This document shows, in pieces, positions 52,701 to 64,000 of a stretch of DNA of 64,000 nucleotides. The DNA is taken from positions 2,418,001 to 2,482,000 of the forward strand of contig OZ176055.1 of the NCBI GenBank assembly GCA_964247055.1. The letters run 5' to 3'. The DNA is from Paragordius varius. Taxonomy: Eukaryota; Animalia; Nematomorpha. The notes beneath the pieces were generated by a model, which had not been told where the DNA came from, ran no database searches, and was given only the letters and a program-made list of their open reading frames with translations. Numbering within the stretch: the stretch's first letter is position 1; every line of letters begins with the position of its first letter. Made by a program: the position numbers and the translations under genes.

Positions 52701-55700
52701 ACCTTGGTTTTTTTAGTTTTATTTTTTAATTAATCTTTAAATTTTTCACGCCCAACTTAGATTTTTGTACGCCCTCATTTGAAATATATAATTTTTTTTT
52801 TTAAATAATTATTCATTGTAAAAATTGCAAGGACCTTTTGTCGATCCTCTTTAATGAACAACATTGAATCAGGGACTTATGATTATTTTACTATTATACT
52901 TTTTTTAGGGCCATTGATAAGTTGCCGATAATATCCATTTACCACTTTGGTAGATATTTAAAACTAAATATTTGTTGTGATTTATAGAAAAGTATGTGAA
53001 TATTAATACGCATTTGTTTTTATAACATTGATTTTTGGATTATTTTAATAATTGAATGAATTATAATAATATGAATATGAAAGAACACTAAAACCTTATC
53101 AACATCTCATATAACAATAATAATTCAACTTCTAATAATAATTATTTTGATAATATTTCCTATTTACACTTTTATACACTATATTTTTTTGATATATACT
53201 TTGAATAATAATAATTACCAAAATAACTATGAAAATAAATAATACCGTTAGTAATAATAATAAAACAGTTCTGAAATTTGCCACATGGAATGTGGGTACC
53301 CTAGTTAACAAAATATTAATGGTAACAAACACTCTTAGCCATAACAATATAGATATATGTTGCATCCAAGAGGCCAGATTGAAAGGAGAGGGATTGAAAA
53401 ACTTAGACGATTATACATTATTCTATAAAGGAAATGACAAGGGACAAGGTGGTGTTGCGATTTTCATTAAAACCATCTATCGTGATAACATAATTGATGT
53501 AATAAGACATAATCCAAGAATGATTCAAATAAAAATTTTGATGAATGATAATGTAATAAATATAGTTTCAACTTACGCACCACAATCTGGTCTAAGCGAA
53601 GCATCAAAAAACGATTATTGGGAAGCCCTCTATGATTTGATGAACAAAACTTCTTCTAGCGAACAAACCTTTGTTGGTGGTGATTTTAATTGCCATATTA
53701 ATAATGATAGTAATGAATACCATGGCGTGCATAGTGGAAATGGCGTCGGAACCCTCGATAAGATGGGCGAGAGTTTGCTAGACTTTTGCATTGCAAATCA
53801 ACTCATAGTCGCAAATACCCATTTTAAGATAAAAAGCAACCAGCACATAACTTATAATTCTGGTGATCACTCATCTATGATAGACTTCATATTAATTCCC
53901 AAAAACATTAGGAAACATATAACAAACATCAAAACTTACTATCAACCCTCCTATCAACACAAGCTAATAACAGCATTTCTAATCATTGAGAAAAGCCGTA
54001 AGACCGCATTCCAACCCCAAAAAATAAATATAGCAAAGTTAAAGGATTCAAAATTATTAACCGAATATACCAAAAACACAGATTTACATCTTCCCGAACA
54101 AAACAATGTTGAAACTCTATGGAAAAATTTTAAAAGCACAATTCTAACATCTGCTAAAATACATTGTGGCTTTACTAAACCAATGAGGCAACGGAAAAGC
54201 TGGTGGTGGAAAAATGAAATAAAACCATTCTTGCGTGAAAAAGGCGAGGCATATAAAAAGTGGAAAAGCTCGAAAAATAATGATGATAAAAAAGTTTATG
54301 ATGACAAAAAACGAGAGGTCCAAAAAGCCATTCGACACGCTATGAATGAAAAATCCATTAAAATCGCTGAAAGTTTAGAAAAAGACTTTAAAAACCAAAC
54401 GATTTTTAAAAGACTCAAAAACCTTAACAATAGTAATAAAGATGTTAAAACCATAAAATGTATTAAAGATGATAACGATAATATAATAACGAATCCCTCG
54501 AAAGTCAAAGAAATTTGGAAAACGAACTTTCACACTGCAATCAATAAATTAAAAAGTAACAAAGCTCCAGGCCCAAGCAGCCTTTCAGCCGACCTCATTC
54601 GACCCATCAAAAACACTGCAGAGTATCTGACAAAACTCTTTAACCAAATAATAATTACAAACCAAACTCCCAGCGATTGGAAGAACAGCATAATAATTCC
54701 CATCTATAAAAATAAAGGCGATCGTTTAAAAACATCGTCCTACCGACCTTTAAAACTTTTGGAACACACACTGAAAATATTCGAAAATATTTTAGAAAAC
54801 AGGCTGAGAAAACTTATAAACTTAGATTCGAATCAGTTTGCATTCCGTCCAAACAGTAGCACAATTGATCCCTTGTTCATCCTAAGACGCTTACAAGAAA
54901 AATATCTGGAAAAGAAACAAAAGCTATACCATGTCTTTGTAGATCTGGAACGTGCGTTTGACCAAATACCACGCTTCACAATTCAATGGGCACTACGTAA
55001 AAAGGGAATAGAAGAACATACTATACAAATTTTATTACTACTCTACAAAAATACAACAACCAACGTTAAAACCAATATTGGCAATACAAACAATTTCCCA
55101 ACAAACGCTGGACTACATCAGGGTTCAGTCCTAAGTCCACTTCTTTTTATAACTATAATGGATGCGGCAACGCAAGACATAAGAAGTGAATGCCCTTGGG
55201 AAATGTTATTCGCCGACGATCTCGTGATAACGACACGATCATGGGATCAACTGGTAAATACATATTCCAAGTGGAAGAAATGCCTTGAACAATATGGGAT
55301 GATCATAAACGCCACAAAAACAAAAATAATGATAACGGGTGAAAGTGAAACACCCAGATACCCCTGTTCCATTTGCAGTAAGGAAGTACGTTCAAATTCC
55401 ATTAAATGCATATCATGTCAAATGTGGGTACACAAAAAGTGCTCTAAAATAAAAGACAAGTTAACAAATGTAATAAATTTTAAATGCTTAAATTGCTTAG
55501 ACCCAAACAATAATAATTTTAATCGACCAAAGCTACTTAACATTGATGGACATGACATCGAATTGGTTGACTCTTTCTTATACCTAGGAGATGTCATATC
55601 TCAGGGAAGCCCACAAAAGGCTATCAAAAGAAGAATACAACAAGGTTGGATAAAATATAATCAATTAAAATATGTTTTCCAAAACAAAAATGTTAACATT

Positions 55701-58369
55701 CGTAACAAATGGTATCTTTACAAGGCAGGAATAAGACCTGCTCTTACCTATGGTTCTGAAACCTGGGCATTAAACAAAACAAATCAAACAAAACTCTTAT
55801 CCAGTGAGAAATACTCAAAAGCTGCTTTCGTACACCAGAAATACCAATTTTCATTAAAGAAAACTATAAAATCGATTATATAATTCAAACAAACAGATTG
55901 CGTCTCTACGGTCATACTCAGAGAAGAGACGCCACCGATCCTTTAAAAACTGTTGATAACAATGTTGATGGCAATAAAAGAAAGGGACGACCACTCTTTT
56001 CTTATAATGATAATATAAAAATGGACTTGAATCAACGTAGCCTTTCCACAGAACAATGTAAAGATCGTAATTTATAGAGGAAACTACTTCGTGGATACAA
56101 AACTCCGAATATGGAGTCCTAAAATTATCCATTAATTTATGAATTTAAACCAATTAAGGCTTATCAGCTGAAAGTCTATACAATTTTACATGTAAATTTT
56201 GATTATATTTAAAGAAAATAAATTTTGTGTAAATGGATTATAACAATTACATTTTATTATTATAAACCTGAGGTGTCCAACACAAATAGTTTCGTGGGAC
56301 ACATTTGGTAGGTCATTCATAAATAATTTATGACATTTCAGACATAAAACTGCAAAAGGCTTTAGCACAATATAATATTTTTTCTTGTTTTTGCCATTCG
56401 GAGAGACTTATTTAAAAGAAAAATTTAAAAAATCAATTTTCCTAAGATTTTGTCAGGATTTTTCGTAAATTATAAATTTCCAAATTTTTCGTGGACGGTT
56501 TTTAAAGTCACGGAGGAGTACATTTTGGATTCTCTGTTATATTGATATGTATTTTTAATTTATATAACCTATATTTTCAATCCATATATATATATATAGT
56601 ACCTATGTGATAATAATTGATAAACTGTAAAATAGCAAGAGCTAACTAACCCGTAAAAATCTGAAATAATCATTGTTAAGATATAAAAGTATTGATTGGA
56701 ATAAGGCGCATATCAATAAGAGTAACTTTTTGTTGAAATATTTTTTTAACAAAGTTGACCTCAATTATAATTTTATTTTCATAGGAGGTTATTCAAAATT
56801 GGTATTATCAAGATTCGCACATTGTTCAAACTGTCAAAAATCTTTGTGAAAATTGCCTTGATTGCTACAACGCTGTTAAATCAGGTGATTATTTTTGGAT
56901 TTTATTGGTTAAAACCAATTTTAATAGTAATATTAGCAAAGCATTTAATAAAAAATACCGATATTTTTAATCTATAAAGTTACAATAGCAAATAATTTAA
57001 GCCAAAATACGATTTTACTTAATCTTGTGTCAAACTTTTTAGATACCTTAACGTACATTAAAAATAGAAATCGAATAAAATATTATATTGGAACTCTAAG
57101 ATCCTAAATAAGGATCTGAGTAACTATTCAATCCTAATTTCATAATTGTTATCATATAAGCTACATAAAAAAATGCGGTTTTCAGTTTTTACTATAATTA
57201 ACCTCACACCATGCCTGTCAAAAATATAATGTGTAAAATTATACCACAAACCTTTATTCCTATTCTATTTTTCATTTGATGCCACAGATAATATAAAGCA
57301 ATTTGCCCAATGTGTTAACACTTATCGCACACAAAAGGTAGCTATGGCCTCTCAAACTTCGGAACCTGCTTGGCTTACTGCCATGTTGGATTCAGTTTTA
57401 TCCATTTCCCGCGTTGAATGTGTCTCATTTGCTGGAGCGGGTGGTGGGGGCTTTGCATATGCTTTTACTCAATGTACCGACGAAATATATGGCGGTATTA
57501 ACGGTAATTTTATTTAAAACTCAGTTTTTATTGTCCTTCTGTTAATTAATTTGGTATAACTTTTTTAGATTGATCTATGAATAGGTTAAGTAAGATTTTT
57601 AGGACGATTTTTAGTTTTTAAATCAGTGGTTCTCAACCATTTTTGGGTTCACGCCCCACCAAATCGAAAATAAAAATTCTTACGTACCCTCTCAAAAACA
57701 GGTAAAAATGTGAATTATAATATAATATTATGAAAATCCGAATTTATGAGATCTTTATATCTGTTATTTAATATCTTTTATATCTGTGACATATCTAATT
57801 CGCTGTTCAAATCCTTTATGGTTTTATTTCTTAATGGAATTCTCCAAATTTTTCGCGCCCTCCCTTAATTTATGCCCCCCTTTTGGGAACCACTATTTTA
57901 GATAAATTTGTTATACCTCGTGTTAATAGGTCTACATTAATTTATTTAATAATGTGTTTCGCTTATGATGTATGTAGGCATTTATGACCATGGTGAACGT
58001 TTAATAAAATTACGTGTCAAAATCTTTAAACTTATGCTATTGTAATGTGATATTTTTAATATATTGTATGTATTGATGAAATTATTTAAATCAATTTTAA
58101 TGGTCATATGCATTATATTTGGTTTAATTACGAACTTTTTTACGTTTGAAGCTGAAACTGTTTTTATAAAAAATGACTTCTTCTACATCGGTCGGTTATT
58201 TTTTAAACGGTTAAGAGCCTACTTATCGAAATTCATTATTATTTAATTAATGCCTTTTTATACATTTATATGAATAGGGTTATCGGAAAAGGAGCTCGGA
58301 AATTTTGGGAATGCCAAAATTTTTAATGGATCTTTGGATAATGTGGGATTATGCATTTACAATTATTAA
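40788..58369 (+). CDS. FCSK: L-fucose kinase (N-terminal nucleotidyltransferase-like region plus GHMP kinase domain)
   Basis: More than 20 exons, including 40788-40851, 40875-41071, 41103-41289, 42164-42255, 42390-42605, 42819-42960, 44873-45157, 45183-45271, 49908-50065, 52129-52347, 56785-56884 and 58278-58369. Motifs: GSGGATLNAL, GLWIASTSMLL, LFFDIL, LYNAKLFP, APARIDLCGGWTDTPP, GAVLNMAIKVNG, PEGSGLGTSSILA, LEQMLSTGGGWQDQIGG, GAGGGGF. Some central exon boundaries are approximate. Confidence 0.9.
43061..44854. mobile_element. 1.8-kb DNA element with TIRs built from 21-bp tandem sub-repeats
   Basis: TATACCATTTGCACTTCAAGAGTGTCCTT at 43061 and its reverse complement ending at 44854. The unit GAACACTTCAAGTTGGTCCTT occurs about 5 times on the left and about 3 times on the right. 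It lies in a fucokinase intron. Confidence 0.8.
47990..48980 (-). mobile_element. RTE-type relic with an internally inverted RT core, nested within a MITE (47770-49154)
   Basis: Minus strand 48745 to 48035: GKTKVMITG...HCSICKEVKTNSI...FTYLG...LTYACES...IRSNRLRYFGH...RKGRSKTTW. Plus strand about 48790-48980: LLYENAQSCVKTPVG...GLYQGSTVCPLLF...WNMLYAD. Confidence 0.8.
52517..52785. mobile_element. hAT/Charlie-like MITE, degenerate copy
   Basis: CAGTCGTTCCTAACC start preceded by ttttagat. The body is similar to 57624-57895; the right TIR is decayed. Confidence 0.55.
53229..56132 (+). mobile_element. Near-complete RTE-clade non-LTR retrotransposon (APE endonuclease, RT, PHD-like finger) inside a fucokinase intron
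   Basis: 884-aa ORF with APE motifs (ATWNV, CCIQE, YAPQ, GGDFN, MIDFI), RT motifs (KAPG, YRPLKLL, FVDLERAFD, GLHQGSVLSPLLF, FADD) and a Cys/His finger. After a frameshift near 55806 it continues with NRLRLYGH...RKGRP to TAA at 56132, with one TAG. Confidence 0.93.
57624..57895. mobile_element. hAT/Charlie-like MITE with an 8-bp target site duplication
   Basis: CAGTGGTTCTCAACC...TTTGGGAACCACTA, flanked by ttttaaat and ttttagat (7 of 8 match). Confidence 0.75.
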
Positions 58370-59759
58370 AAACACGAGACTAAATTAATTAACTCGTGTA
58401 TTGTATTACCAAATATCCGTTTTTTATATAACCGTTGGTAATTGGGCTTTTGAGCTATCAGAAAACACATAAATGATATTGTATGTTTTATTGTTTGGAA
58501 CTTTATTTATTTAAAAAAACCAAAATTAGAATTAAACGTTTAACATTTGGCTTTTTTTCATAATGAATTAGTATATTTTCACATAGATACCTGACTATAC
58601 TTGTTATTGTAACAAATTGGTATTATCGAGTTTAACGGTAGGACGACAATATAATTTTCTCTATACCATAAAATATGCGATCCATATGCATAAAAAAATT
58701 ATTTAAAAAGACTAGCTATTGTTTATGATTTTATTGATTGATACGGTTGCTATTTGTAGTGCGCGTTTTGACAAAAATTAAAAAAGCAAATTGATTTATT
58801 AATCTGATAAAATTCAAATATTGGAGGAGGTGTGATATTAGTTTTAAGGCTTTTCATCTTTTTTAAATGTATAACACCGAGGAAATTTTTAATTTTAAGC
58901 ATTTTTGACCTCTAATAATTGTTTATTCAGTGATGAGACATACCAATTATGTGTGGGTGCCACTTTCCAAAAAATTATACTACTGTTGATACAAAAAACA
59001 ACATCGGAGGTTCTTTATTCTTTTCAAAAAATGACCGCAAAAAAATTGTAAAAATTTATATCTGAAATTCTGAAGCAGGTCGCCAAAAAATTTTGACACA
59101 CTTATATACTTAATAATGGCATCAAAAATTTTTGGCGTAAACTTAAAATGCTTTTGCCATTAGTTCAAAAATATATTTTTAATAGTATCTATTATATTAT
59201 ATATAGCATCTAGAAATCACGTAAGTAAACATACTTTATGATTTATAAACAATTTTTAAAAATATATAGCGATCATAACAGGCCAAACGTGTCCATAGAT
59301 ATCTGTCAAGCCTTTTTATATCTATTTTTTTCCTTTTGAATGTTGCGCCTACCATGGATTGATTTATTTTTCATACAAACTTTACAAGTAAAAGGCAACT
59401 TGTTTTTATTGTTTGTCATTAATAATTTATTTGATTTTTCCAAAGACCGATTTATATCGGATAACTCATCTTTTTTAAAGTTGGAATAATAATTTTTTAG
59501 GGATGAAATGATTTCTTCATACCTTTTTACTTTTTTCCTGGTGGCATATTGGAGTTTAATCCAGCAATCTTGTAAATTTGAAAGTTATTATTTAAAATTT
59601 ATTTATCACACATTGTTCTTCTGTTACCTTAAAACTTATATAATACAGTTCAACGTCTGGGTCTAAAATTGGGACAGCTCCAAAATACGATTGAATAAAC
59701 AACTGGTTTTATAATTTAAAAATTCGCTTATAACATGAAACCTTTATCTAAAATTTTAA

Positions 59760-60338
59760 CACTTTGATTCAAATTGGGGTATCTAAATACCTCAGACTAA
59801 ATTTAAATTAAAAATTTTGAAAAACTGCTGAAAACGGTCCCAATTTAAATTTATGCTCTATCCTGATAAATATTATTATATAAATATGCCAAAATATCTT
59901 GATAAAATTTTGTTTAAAAAGAAAGTTTCATCTCAAACTACTTCGACGCCATTTTTATTTTACAAAATTTTTGCAAAATATCGTCTTCATTTAATTAAGG
60001 GTAAAACTAAAGCTATTTTTTTATATAAATTACATCTAACATTGATAGAAATAGAAGCGGTTTATTTTGTATTATTTTTGAATTTTACAATTTGACACAT
60101 GTCACGTTGACTAAATTTTTACCTTTCAGTTTTAGCTCAAAATAAATAATATCAATTATTTTTGAATAAAATTTTTTATATATATATTTCGGTGTATTAA
60201 TGTTATATAAGTGCAAAATTTTGTCATGGTTTCGATTCCTTCCATACTTTTTTAAGTATTTGATTTTAAACAGGCCTGGGGTATCCAACTAGCCCAATTT
60301 GAATCGAAGGACTAAAATGAATGTGTTGTATCCAAGTG
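59760..60338. mobile_element. piggyBac-like MITE, 579 bp, TTAA-flanked
   Basis: ttaa|CACTT...AAGTG|ttaa; highly similar to 19960-20536. Confidence 0.78.
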
Positions 60339-60820
60339 TTAATTTTAGATTTTCTGTTAATTATATCTATTTCCCTTTTTTATTAACAATTTAACACTTC
60401 AAATAAGATGCACCCCAAACTTTATTCGAGCCAATATTTTATTAAATATTTGGAAAGTAAATTTATATTAAATAAATTATAGTTTTATACCAAACTACTA
60501 CCGCTATATTTACAATGATATTTTATTCCTTCAAATATAAACAGAAAAAAATGGTTTATTTGCTTTATTTTTTGCTATGCACACAAGTCGCATTGACTTC
60601 ATTAACACCTTCAGTATTAATAAAATACGTAATATCTGGTATTTTGGATTTATTATATGGCGTATCAATGGTAAATAAATGCAAATTTTCACATCTAATT
60701 TGGTTCATATTATTAGAAATATTAAAAAATTTAGTCTCCAACCCCTTTTGGGTGGATTGAAGAGAAGGTGTTGTATCCAAGTTTCATATTACTAAAGAAG
60801 ATAAAGAAAGGCGAATATAA

Positions 60821-61268
60821 CACTTCGATTCAATTTGGGGTATCCAAATACCTCACACTAAATTAAGATAAATTTTTTAAAAAACTACTAATTCCAATTT
60901 AAATTTATGATTCTATCATCGTCTTCATTTAATTTTAAGCTTAGAATTTTAGCTAATTTTATATTTAAATTACATCTAACATTGATAGAAATTGAAAAAG
61001 CGGTTTATTTTGTATTATTAATTTTACCATTGCAAACATTCACATTGACTAAATTTTTACCTTTCGGTTTTTGCGTAAAATAAGCAATATCAAGTATTTT
61101 TGAATAAATTTTTTAAAATATTACGGTTTATTATTGTTATATAAGTGCAAAATTTTGCCATGGTTTCTATTCCTTCCATATTTTTTAAGAAATTTAATTT
61201 TAAAAGGCCTGGGGTAACTAAATACGCCAGTTTGATTCAAAGGATTAAAACGAATGTGTTGCCAAGTG
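60821..61268. mobile_element. Internally deleted copy of the same TTAA-type MITE (448 bp)
   Basis: ataa|CACTT...AAGTG|ttaa with the same subterminal inverted repeats. Confidence 0.7.
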
Positions 61269-61699
61269 TTAATATATTTAGATTTATAATATCAGCTGTT
61301 TTTTCAATGGTATTTTGGACCTGTCCTAATTTTAGATCCTAATAACAAAAATGGAAACATTTTTTTACTAAAGCATGAGTGTTTTATAATTTCAATTAAA
61401 ATAACTTTCAAAACTGTTGTTTTTACAAAATATGTTCTGGAATAAACTGCCAAAAATTAGAAAAAAAGGGTGATGATAATAAAATCATAAGATTAGGGTG
61501 ATACTTAATTTAAATATTTTTTATATATCATATTATAATGCATTTATTTCACCCAATTCAGCTAGATGAGTAATTCGAAAATTTATAAAGGTGAACCCTT
61601 GCGTTATTGAATGAATGGTGTTTTTGCATGGAATGCTGAATCATAAAATTAATCAATAGTTTATTCATGAATATACATTGAAAAATCACATTTATTAGA

Positions 61700-62597
61700 A
61701 TGCAAAATACATCCGAAGAAGAATATAGAAAAAAGTTAACTCCTGAAGAATATCAAATACTTCGAAAAAAGGGTACAGAAAAAGTAACAATACGTTGTTA
61801 TTCATAATATAGCCTTTTTCCGGAGAATATTGGAACTATACCAAAGATGGAACCTATTATTGTAAAGCATGTGGTGCGAAATTATTTGAGTTTACTCAAT
61901 ATATATAATATAATTAGTTCGGAACATAAATTTGATTCAGGGTGCGGTTGGCCCAGTTTTGATAGAGCTTTTGGCGCTGTGAAAGATAGTAAAGATCCAC
62001 AATCTGCTGTCTTATTTAATGAGGATAATTCCCATGGAATGAAACGCACGGAAGTTGTTTGTAAAAATGTAAGTATCAAGTATATAACCTCTTTTGTGGT
62101 TTTTCAAAGTTAGCGTAACTTTTGTGATTAGATTTTTTTATTTTTTGACCAAACTAAGCATTTTTTTAGCGAAGTACAACTCTTATTTTTTAAAAATAAT
62201 TAAACTGTAGTCACCTATCTTAATTGTTATTTAGTATTTTCTTATTTTTTGAATTATTTAAACTTTAAATCTAAATTAGGTTAATGCTATTTTATAGCAC
62301 AATTTTATATTATGCATATTAATAAATAGAATTTCATAAAAGATCTCGATATCCCTTTATTTATTATGAATGTTAAAACATTTTTAAGGCTTTTAAATTA
62401 TTTTTTACCAAAGTTTTAGTCAATTATAATTAAGTGTCTTTAATATAAAAAATAATACATTTTTAATGACTTTTATCATAAATTTATAGTGTGGTTCTCA
62501 TCTTGGACATATTTTTAATGATGGACCAACAGATACCGGAATGCGGTATTGCATCAACAGTGCGTGTCTTAAATTTTCGGACAAAAAAGAAAAATGA
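61700..62597 (+). CDS. msrB: Methionine-R-sulfoxide reductase B, Cys-type, Zn-binding, MsrB2-like (139 aa)
   Basis: Exons 61700-61783, 61813-61889, 61918-62068 and 62490-62597 total 420 nt. [20 protein letters not shown]...YYCKACG...[11 protein letters not shown]...[21 protein letters not shown]...RYCINS. Confidence 0.95.
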
Positions 62598-63299
62598 ATT
62601 CATAGGGTCGACAATTAGTTTAACGAAAATACATATGCTTATATTGACAACTAAATTGGATTAAATTATGCAATATATATTAAAATTTATATACATAGAC
62701 CTTATTGTAGATGTACACAAATTTAAATTTGGCAAATTTATATCTTTACTCTAAATAAATTTCGTTAAATTATTTAATTTTTGTACGATAATTGGATGCC
62801 TTTTAATTTAGGTTTTAGGAAATCTTGGATTAAGAAATATATATCTTTAAATATTTCGGGAAATTTGGAGATTTACAAAAATAGCGTCATGGCTAATAAC
62901 GAAAGATCAAGATACAAAATAATTTTTTAATTTTAAATCATGAAGAATATAACTCAAAATTTTTTTAGATTTGTATGCATCTTTGTTGCTAATTTTACAT
63001 ATAAAACCCTTGATAAAATTTCTCTTGAAAATACCCAATCAATAGCTTAATTGCACTTGAAAAATTTGTATAGATACAAAAAAACATGTTTGTAACATTT
63101 TATTCACTTGGATTACTAGTTTTTCAAAATTTTTTAACCAATTTTTAAAATAATTTCTAAGTTAGCCAAAATGTGATTAAAAATCAATATTATATTTAAA
63201 AAAATATAAAGGATGCTCAGTATTTATTTAAACTAATTGTCTACTATAAAAATTAAACATATATTGTATCAAACAATATATATATAAGAATCAATTAAG

Positions 63300-63509
63300 T
63301 TAATATGTCATTTCACACTTTTCAACTGAAATATGGAGAGGTTTGCATGAAAACTCCTTACCCACAATCTTCATTGATCCAAGCACCATGGCTAAACTTT
63401 CTTTTAATGGCTCACTAAGCTTGAATGGACTGTTATTGTCACAATATCTCTTGTAATAAAATGCATATGAACATACATAAATTAAAAGTAGAATTGCTAT
63501 ACGTTTAAA
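63300..63509 (-). CDS. Probable last two exons of an unassigned minus-strand gene with a hydrophobic segment
   Basis: Exons 63509-63362 and 63325-63300, joined by a 36-nt GT-AG intron, read FKRIAILLLIYVCSYAFYYKRYCDNNSPFKLSEPLKESLAMVLGSMKIVVEKCEMTY*. Upstream exons not resolved. Confidence 0.4.
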   Translation of the reverse strand, partial: FKRIAILLLIYVCSYAFYYKRYCDNNSPFKLSEPLKESLAMVLGSMKIVGKEFSCKPLHISVEKCEMTY

Positions 63510-63637
63510 CTTTCAGATGTGTTACTGACACATTTATATATACTTTTCGTTTTACTAGAGATACTGTTTAGTGAAAGTTTAATATTTTTATACATGGTTT
63601 GTAAAATTAGGGCATACACTCCGGATTAATAAACATA

Positions 63638-63800
63638 CAGTGTGCATTTTGGTTCTTTCACTATATTAGGGCAATTTGCAACACAGTAGTGTAGAGAAAA
63701 AACGACAAAATGTTAAATAAACAATTTTTTTGATCTTTTTTCCTTACACTCCTGTGTTGGAAATGGCCCATGAAATAATCAACCATTAAAATGCATACTG
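63638..63800. mobile_element. TA-flanked Tc1-type MITE with a nested internal inverted repeat
   Basis: ta|CAGTGTGCATTTT...AAAATGCATACTG|ta; same family as 23120-23292. Confidence 0.72.
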
Positions 63801-64000
63801 TATTTCAAATTTATGTTACCAACCAAAACATAAAGCGAAAATTATTTTCGCACCGGTTCCATTGTTTCTTGGTCAGAGGGCGGTTATATCAGTTATAACC
63901 GATAATCCAATTTTTCTAATGAATGTTAGCCTTAAAAACCAAGGTATACGCCAAAAAAATTTATTGTATGCCACTTATCGTTTAAAAGTTAATATATGTC

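Noticed and set aside
21138-54508. Antisense ORFs overlapping EGFR, fucokinase and the RTE element (for example 21138-21503, 30246-30539, 50320-50526, 53954-54508)
   Set aside because: Shadows of real coding sequence on the opposite strand, with no recognisable motifs.
61700-62597. MsrB as a selenoprotein or a bacterial contaminant
   Set aside because: The catalytic residue is Cys (TGC in RYCINS), there are three GT-AG introns, and the MsrB2-like insert is present.

Overview
Very AT-rich eukaryotic (animal-like) genomic DNA with spliceosomal introns in two size classes: tiny (23-36 nt) and long and transposon-filled. Five spliced + strand genes were assembled by eye. (1) A truncated EHBP1-like NT-C2 protein whose NPF-motif exon is triplicated in tandem (5553-10006). 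(2) A divergent EGFR/ErbB-type receptor tyrosine kinase (20940-32698, 19 exons, about 1590 aa) with a long NPxY-bearing juxtamembrane insert, a kinase insert and almost no C-terminal tail. (3) A two-domain YitH-like GNAT acetyltransferase (about 33654-35957). (4) L-fucose kinase (40788-58369). (5) Methionine-R-sulfoxide reductase MsrB (61700-62597). There are also two unassigned gene fragments. The rest is dense with mobile DNA: a nearly intact RTE-type non-LTR element with a PHD-like finger inside a fucokinase intron, two RTE relics (one internally inverted), a miniature Ty3/Gypsy relic, a 2.1-kb foldback element ending in CACAGTG, a tRNA-derived SINE, several MITE families (TTAA/piggyBac-like, TA/Tc1-like, hAT, and one with 21-bp sub-repeats) and a degenerate higher-order tandem array. 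I found no clearly new multi-gene system. The best candidates for novelty are the rewired EGFR-like receptor and the reduced, NPF-expanded EHBP1-like gene. All gene models and family assignments come from manual translation and motif recall, not from database searches.
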